Source of the DNA: Macrostomum lignano
Taxonomy: Eukaryota
Direction: 5' to 3'
DNA length: 64,000 nucleotides
NCBI GenBank assembly: GCA_002269645.1
Contig: NIVC01002533.1
Span: 62,001 to 126,000, forward strand
In this document: piece after piece, positions 11,069 through 20,900 of the stretch
Position numbering within the stretch: the first letter of the stretch is position 1
How the letters are laid out: each line of letters opens with the position of its first letter
Position numbers and translations under genes: made by a program
The notes under the pieces: model-generated
Told to the model about the DNA's origin: nothing
Seen by the model: the letters and a program-made list of their open reading frames with translations, nothing else
Databases searched by the model: none

Positions 11069-13405
11069 TTATATGAATTTAAACTTAAATTATTGATTAC
11101 TAGGCCTAAAAAGTTGAGTTAATGCATGTTTTTATAATATAACTAAATGGAATTTCATCAAATAAGATTATCCAAAATTTAAAAAAGCCTACCTGTTCAA
11201 CAAAATATGTAATGATTTTGTTAGGTAAATAAAAAGTGTTATAATTTATTAATTAATATACTTTTAAGATTATTTTTTTTATTTAGACATCCTAAAATAG
11301 CCTGGCACCAAAAAGCAAAATTTGGTACCAAAATGTAGGGCACTAAAAGGGAGAGATATTATAGCTCTCTAATTATAACTTTAAGTCTTTAGAAGTCTTT
11401 ATATATAAATTAACTTATATTATTATAAAAATTAGCTTTACAAGTTATTGCGGCAAGCTATACTAGTATTAGGCTATACAACATTTAACCTAGGCTGAAA
11501 TGCAGCAGACATAATAACCATGCATTAGCTATATGTGCATGTAGATATTGACTATCTAGATAATCCATTAAAAAGAAAGTGGCACATTATGTATTAGAAT
11601 AAACTATAAAGTTTCGGAAGATGATTTGTTACACTTTTATATTTATATGCTTACAATGCTTATTATAACAAAGTATATATATATATTACTTTGTTATAAT
11701 AAGCATTGTCAAATAAAAGTTAAAGAAATAACTAGAAGTTTGATTAGCAAAAAATTATATACTTAATAATAAAATTTATTTATAATCCTCAGAATGCATA
11801 TTGACTTATACTAAAAAAGCTATATGCCATATATGTCAGGGACCTCAATATACTCTAGGCCTATGATCTATAATTACATTGTATTATATACTATATACAC
11901 ATTGACTATAGTAACTGATTAGTGCCTTGAACAGGTGCTTATAAAACAATGCCTCAAGGGTATTATGTAAAATTGTAAATGGTAATTGCAGGTCTCCAAG
12001 TCTAAGCTTACCTTGGAAGTGGCCATTATTGGAATAGCCTTCAACTTATAGGTTAGCATTGTCTTAAATTGCCAAATGCAATAAAGCAACCTTTACCTAG
12101 ACTATCATGACAATGTCTTCTAAGTCAATGACTAGGATGCTTAGATATTTGAATTGATTAAATAAAGCATAAGGCAATGATATTCTAGAAAATAGTAGAA
12201 TGTAAGTGGCATGCTAGCATATAATAACTTTGTGTAGCTTATAGTTAATATTTAAAACCTTAAAAACTTCTTCTTAACTAGCTATCTAGCTAGCTGCATA
12301 GCTTTGGGGCTCCAGCAAATTAGTGCCAAGTTGTTGGTATAGACAAGTAAATCAGATTAACACTTGAAAAAAAGGAGCTATAGCAAGGCATTATTTTATA
12401 GCTTTCTTTGCTATGCAAAGCTAAGCCAAATAATGTAGTCAATCTGGATCTCTGTGACAACAAATAGAAATAAGGAGATGTCATTATTTACAACACTAGA
12501 AGTGATAGCAAATTCAGGTTTGTGGCTATGGTTAGTTTGGATAGAAGCATTGGATAAACTATAGAGGTCTATGATTGCCTGGACTATCTTAATAGCTAAA
12601 GAACTCTGGCATGCTATTGAACATTGCTCTAGGCATGCAGTTGCACAAGTTAAATTTTATCATGGGTACATAGCTGTCTATTGCACAAAAAAGAGCATTT
12701 TTTATTTTTATTTTGCCTTTCTACATAAGCTACTGCTGCTATGTAGTATGTCTGATAGTGCTACAGTTAGTATTATGGGCTCTTAGCTCTTGCAAGTCTT
12801 GCTGAAATTGAAAAACCTGATATCATTATCCTTGGCACCCACATTCATCAGGATATTATTCTCACAAGTCAATGTTGTAGCAATAGCTTCATTTTCAACT
12901 AGCCCAATATTCTCCTTAGATGTTGATTCATATTTATTCTTAGACTTGCTTGTAACTTCAAGGCATTTTGAAGATATTGCTGTTATTTTCTTCACAAAGT
13001 CCCTGATAGTTGGATTAGTTGACTTCCTCCAGTCAGATAGGATTTTGACATTCATAGATTCAGGAATTTCACAATGTGAAACATGCTGTTCTTCTCTATC
13101 ATCGATTCAACTAGTGCAATAGTTAGAATTAGATAGTGTATAGTCTAGTAAAACTTTATTTGAAATCATTTCCCACAAAAAATGTGTGCAAGGGAAACAA
13201 TAATAAACTATAACAGAATCAGTTGCAATGCTAGATCTATAGCTCTACTTGTCTTTGCTTTTGTGAGGCATTGGCTAGAGCTAGTGCTATTTTTGTACTG
13301 TGACCCTCTGATCTCGGTGACATTCAGACTTGGAGAAAGTTTCAATATAGAGATTTGAGCAGGGGATAAATATATACAATAGTAAAAGATACATACATAC
13401 TATAA

Positions 13406-13702
13406 CATACATGCGCAACCTCCAAAATTCGGTCGGCCATGCGACTTAGTTTTAACAAAAATGCGACGTAGTTTTTGGCCAAAAGTGTGACTTACATGTA
13501 AAAAACCCTAAAGCAAAATTAACGCAACTTTGGGTAAACGGCAGGAGTAACTATGACTGTCTTATTAGGTCAAAATGCCTCGTCAGCTACTTAGTACTAC
13601 TACTTTAGTATCTATTTGGGTGGGCATTTTTGCGACCTCCTTGGTTGGCCGTCAAATCGGTCGGCCGGATCGGCCGACTCGGCCGACTGTTGCGCATGTA
13701 TG
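13406..13702. mobile_element. Non-autonomous TIR element (MITE; hAT- or P-like), 297 bp
   Basis: Perfect 14-bp TIR catacatgcgcaac / gttgcgcatgtatg. 8-bp TSD tactataa at 13398-13405 and 13703-13710. Subterminal tcggtcggcc/tcggccga repeats. Confidence 0.85.
13532..13595 (+). other. 28S rRNA-derived fragment (helix 69 to R2 target region) inside the MITE; not a functional rRNA gene
   Basis: gggtaaacggcaggagtaactatgactgtcttattaggtcaaaatgcctcgtcagctacttagt versus conserved 28S GGGTAAACGGCGGGAGTAACTATGACTCTCTTAAGGTAGCCAAATGCCTCGTCATCTAATTAGT: 53/64 ungapped identity by hand. Confidence 0.85.
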
Positions 13703-13913
13703 TACTATAAAACAGTAAGACTGCTGAGTCCAGAAATATATATGCTAATATAAAGGCACATAAAATAACTGTCTCACTAAATCAAGGCACTTATCACAAC
13801 TTTAATAGCAATGATAGGGCTAAAAGAGAGGTTTTTAAAGAGCCAGGAGCCCCCACAACATTGTGTGTATATTTCATCGCATTAAACTCCATTCATGATG
13901 TCAATTATTGATC

Positions 13914-13990
13914 ATGTCAGTTCTGCAGTCATCAATTAACATTTTAATAGAGCTTGATCGCTTTCACAATATTGATTTATACCGCAGAGG
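13914..13990 (+). CDS. FAM135: FAM135 first coding exon, variant a
   Basis: MSVLQSSINILIELDRFHNIDLYRR-GG|gtaagt; 77 nt, phase 2. Confidence 0.8.
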
Positions 13991-16900
13991 GTAAGTATTT
14001 GTTTTACAATTGTTGCTATGGTTCCCTTGGTCTAGGCTAGAAGAGTTCTTGAGAGTCTAACATTCTCACAAATCTCAAAAATCCTTAACTAACCTATCTT
14101 TGACATTTCGGTAACTAAAAATACTACCAGTAGTGTAAAAGCAAATTAATGCTATTCTTTGAAACTATTACCCTACTCCAAAAAGTAATAGAAGTTTTCT
14201 AATAAGAATAGCTTGTTTCTGAAACAAAAATTGAGATTCAATGTTCATGTTAATCATTTATATTTTCCATTTCTCCCCCTTCCCTATTCACCAAATTTAA
14301 GAGTTTGCAAACTAAATAATGTCTCACTGTCATCTGAGCCTTCAATTGCTCGTTGAACTAGACAGATTTCATAATATTGATCTTTATGATCGAGGGTAAG
14401 TTCTAAAGATTTGTGTGTGCGTGCTGCTGCCCATCTGTACAGATATTTGATAGATGGCAAGTAAAACTTTGTAATAAAAAATCTTTGTTAATAAGACTGA
14501 GAATTCTCCAAAATCAGTAGCTTGGTGTTATTGAACATGTTTGATTACTTTTTATTAGTTATTATTTAATTAAAGCATTTGATTAATGAATTTATTATAC
14601 TGGCTCGGTTGTGGTAAGCTTTTTGATCTGTTTGCACTTTGTTTAAGAAATCGTTTTAAAGCTTAATTGTACCAGTCAAATTTATATTTATCAAATTTTA
14701 TAATTAAAAACTTTAATTCATCTACAAATAACAAAGTGAGGGTGCCGTTAGCCCAGTGATCTGGCTTCTAAATTGGAATCTCGGCTTGGCTCTGCTCGTG
14801 CAATTAACGGCCCAGCTTGAGGGCACGAAGAGTGTACATCCCTGACCATTAGAAAGTCAAAGGGCCGCTGTACACAAAAGTACATCAAAAGTCTATGCAC
14901 ATTTGTATCCTTTAGCAGCTTAAAGCAGTGTTATAATGTGTACTAGCTGAAAATATAAATGCAAGCTAATTTTTAGCCCCAATAACGTTCGCATATGAAT
15001 GTAACAGTGCACATTGCAAGCACAATGTCAATAGCTTTACATTCCTGTAACTCTTTGCACTGTTCAGACTGTTCTAAAAGTACTTTTTGTGGTTGCCAAG
15101 GTTTCTTTTTAAATCATCTTTTATTCCAATAAAAGTTTTTTACACTACATATCGTCAAAGAAAACTCTACTAAGCTTTAAATAAGAAAAAATAAAACATA
15201 AACCATGAAATATACACCTATTTACTTGTTTTAATTCGCGCAAATTGGTAGTTAGCTAAATAAAATCTATTTATAGCAACTATCTGATATTTTACAACCA
15301 ACCTGCAGCATAATTTACAAGTATTTTTGCGCCATTTTTGCCAGCAAAATTCCTATTATGGTATTTATAGAAGATTTGCTATAAATAGATTCTCTTAGTA
15401 TAAGAGAATATACTATAAATAGATTCTCTTAGTTAAAGGAAATTACCGCCCATGTCCCTGAGTTCGATTTCATGGTTTGTCATAAAATTTGTAGCTTCTG
15501 TGTTAACAGAAAAATCTTACCTGAGAAGATTCAGGGCTGTTGTACACTCTGTCCCGTTGAAAAATGTACTGGGACAAGAATCGCTAAAGTCATTGCAAGC
15601 ATCTTAACTGTCCACTAACTCAAGTAGACTTAAATAGAGTTTGATATTAATGCGGAATGCGATTCCAATTCATAATCTAGTGACTCAGGTGCGCTTTAGA
15701 CGCAACTCAGTAATCCTACAGCGACTCTGGCACGCCTCAGATGCGACTAAATGGTCACAGAGTCGTTTGAGATTCGCAAGACAATAAAATGCCTCAAATT
15801 GACTCTTAGGCGTCAATTGACTTTTGGCGCCTTGTACCGTGGCATCTCGTTGTTTAGAGTCAGTCAGATCAACTAGAGTCACTTGTTTTCTATTTTACCT
15901 GTGTTTCCTGCAACGACTCTACTCTAAATCAATTCTGGGACGCTTCTTAGCCTTGGTACCGTTTTATCTGGTGTGTGAGCGCTTGCGTCTGCTCAGGGGT
16001 CAGTTAAATGGGCAGGATTGTTGGTCCCCTTGTCTGGCTGCGGATCAAATGTCTTAATATGTCAGAAAATCATAATGATATTATAATGATTAGTGATTAA
16101 TTGAACACAAATTGTAGAACTTGATTGTAGTCTTCTAGAGAGAATCGAGTGATTTTAGCCAGGGAATTAATAATAATAATAATAATAATAATCGATTACA
16201 CCTGTCCCAATTGGGCCAGGTATGCAACCGACAGCTCAGCCGCAGCTATTGCGCAGCGCAACTGAAGGCTGCGTACGGCTGTTCAGTGCAAGGACTAGGG
16301 GGTCGCCACACACCCTCAATTACCCCAGCTAATGCTGGCACCCATTTTTACAGCTGGGTGAACTGAAGCAATGCAGAGTTAAGTGTCTTGCTCAAGGACA
16401 CAAATTGTTCCAGTGGTATCGGGAATCGAACCCTCGACCTTCAAGTCGTGAGTCCGACGCTCTAACCACTAGGCTGCAACCCCCTTAACTAGGCAAACAA
16501 ATATGATGACTATTGTATCAATCAGTTAAAAAACCGATTCATTTAAAACCTGTGTCCGCACAGATACTATGAGATCCGTTGCGGTATCAAGCAGAACGGT
16601 CAGAGCCCGCGGTTGACCGGCCCAATCAGCTGCCGTCTGTATCAATCCACTCCGTTGAGCAATAGCGCCTGCTCCGAGTACGGCGTCGAAGCTGCCTATG
16701 TTGACGCCACCGCCTGCGGCGCCGCCGGCGGCGCCAGCGTCTCGGCTTCTACATTGTCTTTGGCATCGACAGCGTCCGCTGCTGCTGGGAATTCATCGAC
16801 TGCAGCAGCTGGACAGTCAGGTGCTGCGGCTTCGGCTTCGTCTTCTTCTTCTAATAGCAGCTTTCGTTGCGCCGCTGTGTCTAAGCTTGTGCAGGTGAGA

Positions 16901-17933
16901 TTGCAAGTTCGATTAACGAAATTTTTGTTATCCCCAGAATATTATTTGTAGAATATTTAAAAAAATATGATGGTAGTAAAATTTTTATATCGGAATTAAC
17001 TATAGCAAATTTTTTTAAATCGATATAAATAATCAAAAAATCTTTGATCAAAAAATCTTTAATTTTTCAGTGATAAATGTAGATATCAAAATGTTAAAAT
17101 AAAAATTATCAATATTTAAATAGTTTTATCTGAGAATTATCGATATTTTAAATATTTAATTGACTTATCAATATGTTTTATATTTAAACGAGAACTATCG
17201 ATATCTTAATTGTTTAAATGAGAATTATCGATACCTTAAGTATTTAAATGAGAATTATCGATATATTAAATGTTAAAATGAGAATTATCGAAATCTTAAG
17301 TATTACTATGAGAATTATCGATATCCCTAATATTTTAGTCGAAATTCAATATCAAGATCTATCTTTATAATTAATGTCATCGAGTTAGCAGTGTCGATAT
17401 ACCTTATTCCGCACGTGGCAATGAGTTAATAATATTGTTATTAAGTTATGAATAACCATATTACTACAAAAAAAATGAAAAATTTTATCTTCCGCACAAA
17501 GGTGATGTACAAAGACCAGCTCAGCCCGCTAGAGGACGCCTTCCTATTTCGCGTCGACTGTCTTGTTGACCCCGAGTGTCCTCTGGACAGCCTGTCCGCC
17601 CTGTCCGTCAGCTTGCTGGTTGAGCTGTGGTTCACTGATGAGGAGAATAGCGACACCATTCGGCCCGCTCTGAAGCTGGTCTCCAGCCGGGAGCTGCGAG
17701 TCACCATGGATCCCACTAGGGGATTTCACTGCTATGTGCCCTGTATATTCGATTATTACTACCTCAGCTGCGTTGAAGTGATGGTGCACGCCTGCCTCAC
17801 CGGCTTCGGCACTGTTAAACTCAGGTGAGTGCGTGGCTGTTGTGTCCGTGTGTGTCTGTCTGTCTGTGTCTGTCTGTCTGTCTGTCTGTCTGTTGTCTGT
17901 GTGTCTGTGTGTCTGTGTCTGTCTATGCCTGTC

Positions 17934-17970
<37 letters not shown>

Positions 17971-20900
17971 AACTCTGTGTATTATACATTTATTCTTCCT
18001 CTTTCACTCTTGCTGACTATTTTTGAATTGCTTAGCTGTTACCCCTAAAATTAGAGATTGATCTAGATACTCGTAATACTTTGTATTTTTCGTTTTGCCA
18101 TTTTTGTTAGTATCAATACAGGTTATATAGTATAGTGTGATTATGTGTATTGACCGATTACTTGACTAGTATATTTTATCAGTTTGCTAGTATTAAATTT
18201 CGATATGGTTACAAAATAACGACTCCCTTCTACTTGCAGTAGTAGCTTTTATAGCTTTTATTGCCGTAAACCACTGTCTAGTGTGTTATTTGAACTGAGA
18301 AGAAAATGTAGTCTTTCTGTAGTAATAAAAAATCGAAAGTACTGTGTGCCTTCTGGTAACTGCAAGGGTCTTATTGGCTTTGTGTTTATGTTATAATACC
18401 TATTTATAATTTAGCCAGTTATGCTCATTTTGAACCAGTTTCATATTACATTCCAAGATCGTGACTAAGGGAAATAATTAATTGGGTTTCCTTCAGCTAA
18501 GCTTCAGTTGGAAATATGCTGCATATGTGTATAGACTCTTCACTGTGTTACTTGAACTATTTAAATAATGCCTTCTACTATAATCTCAGTCAGTTAATTA
18601 ATGCGCATGTGCAAGTGAAAGTATAGAAAGCATTGTCTATTTTGCCTTCTTTTTTTCTCTAGTAAGAGAGTGGCAATGCAAACTTGTAGGTCTTTAAGCA
18701 CAGTTTGTTCATTTAATTTGGTTGAAAAAACCCGGCAGGAAGCATTTAGCAACAAAGCTAAGACTAAAACAGACTTGCTAAGACTTAAAGTGTAAGGAGA
18801 GAAAGGTTTTTAGAAATTGCATAGAGCGTTACAATGTACATGGTGATGAAGTGTACAATGCTGGTACCAATCTAGCTTGTGTGCTGTTGAATTAGTTTTT
18901 GCCTTAGTATTCAAAGCCAACACTGGTTCTAGGCCAAGGAGGCCTAAATGTTTAATCTGGATTTCTAGACGTCAGAATTACGTTTTGTTAATCTATATTG
19001 TTTCATTTTTAATTTATGATACTTTGTGTTTTTAGGCCTAGGGCTTAAACTTAGCTCTAAAACACACTAGTGCAAATAATACACAGTTTGTGAATTGTCC
19101 AGTTTGTGAATTGTACAGTTTGTAAATTGTCCAGTTTGTGAATTGTCCAGTTTGTGAACTGCCAAGTTTGTAAATTGTCCAGTTTGTGAATTGTCCAGTC
19201 TGTGAATTGTCTAGTTTGTGAATTGTCCAGTTTGTGAACTGCCAAGTTTGTAAATTGTCCAGTTTGTGAAGTGTCCAGTTTGTGAATTGTCAAGTTTGTG
19301 AATTGTCAAGTTTGTGAATTGTCTAGTTTGTGAAAGCGCCCCCCAACCCTAAATAACTGGATGCTTTCTAATCCAAGTAGTTTTATTTCTAAATAGATCT
19401 CCATGAAACTTAGGGGGTGAGGGAGTGAGAGAGAGAATGAGGCCAGAGAGGGTTTAGGGGGAGGTTAGGGGCAGTGTGGGGGGTGGGGGGTTCCATCTCC
19501 AGCTTTAATTCGAGTCAGATTTTTTTAAAGCTGGTTTGGTTCTGGTTGGTTGGTTCTGGCCTGGCCTTGCCTGGTGAGGGTGGGGGGGAGGGTAAGTGAG
19601 GCCAAGAGAAGCGAAACCGCGTGCTGTTTTCTTTAGCAAATTTTCTTTTACTTCTTTCTACCTCTCTTCTCTCTCCGTGTGTGTGTGCAGTCAGTTGTTC
19701 ATTGAATTCAATTCTATTATGCGCAAGATTCTTGTGTATGTAATCAAGCCCAAGACTTGGCTGACTGAACACTCGAAAACCCCTGCAGGGGCTCGCACAG
19801 CGGTACCAACCTGGCTAAGCAGGCTTCGGCCGAAAATTTCAGCTCTTTAACTTCGTTGAATGTGCAGAATCCTGAGGATAGCTTGTCAGCTTTGCAAGAT
19901 ATTTTGGTTGGAAAGAATCAGGTCAGTATTATATTTGTGCTTTTATTGGGCCTGCGATTAACAGCTTTTATGACCAACTGTTAATGCATTTTTATACTCG
20001 TAGATTCTTAGCTTGTTAATTTAATTAATTATGTCTTAACTGTTTCTTAGGATTCTCTTCACAAATCCTCAGTTGCTGGGCCACCAGCCTCTCAGATCCT
20101 CAGTTGCAGGGCCAGTCTCCCAGATCCTCAGTTGCAGGGCCAGTCTCCCAGATCCTCAGTTGCAGGGCCAGTCTCCCAGATCCTCAGTTGCAGGGCCAGC
20201 CTCCCAGATCCTCAGTTGCAGGGCCAGTCTCCCAGATCCTCAGTTGCAGGGCCAGCCCCCCAGAACCTCAGTTGCAGGGACACAGCCTCCCAGATCCTCA
20301 GTTGCAGGGCCAGTCTCCCAGATCCTCAGTTGCTGAGCCAGCCCCCCAGATCCTCAGTTGCAGGGACACAGCCTCCCAGATCTTCAGTTGCAGGGACACA
20401 GCCTCCCAGATCCTCAGTTGCAGGGCCAGTCTCCCAGATCCTCAGTTGCAGGGCCAGCCTCCCAGATCCTCAGTTGCAGGGCCAGCCTCCCAGATCCTCA
20501 GTTTCTGGGCCAGCCTCCCAGATCGTCAGTTGATGGACCAGCCTCCCAGATCCTCCTAGAGCCAATCCATGACTATGCTATCCAACACCAATTAATTCAG
20601 TCCCGTTCCTTTCCATCCCCGAACTTCCAGTCAGTCCAGCAGCGCCGCAAGCTTGTGCTAACAGTGCACAACAATGTCTGCCATTTACTACTATCAGCCT
20701 ACGAGTCTTTGCAGGCCAGCCTTAAACAGGCCATCGACCTGCTGCCGCCAATGCAGCAGATGCAACTGGGTAAGTCTGCAATCGGTAACATTCATTATGA
20801 GTTTTAGTAGTTTTTTTACTTTATAAAAAGTTGGTTATCGAGGACTGTTGACTATAAAACTGTGGCATATTTTTATTAATATATAAATGCCATAAATATC

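Noticed and set aside
12783-13122. Minus ORF (ILSDWRKSTNPTIRDFVKKI...) and overlapping plus ORF
   Set aside because: Protein-like but no recognisable family, and an in-frame stop lies just upstream with no usable acceptor. Possibly a decayed TE; needs BLASTX.
15521-15605. Minus-strand cag|gtaaga donor with an upstream Cys-containing open frame inside FAM135 intron 1
   Set aside because: The acceptor is weak and no partner exons could be linked, so a nested antisense gene is not supportable.
16400-16484. tRNA-like sequence (also at 26616 and 58141)
   Set aside because: A and B boxes are present but the sequence continues into SINE bodies with tails; these are SINE heads, not tRNA genes.
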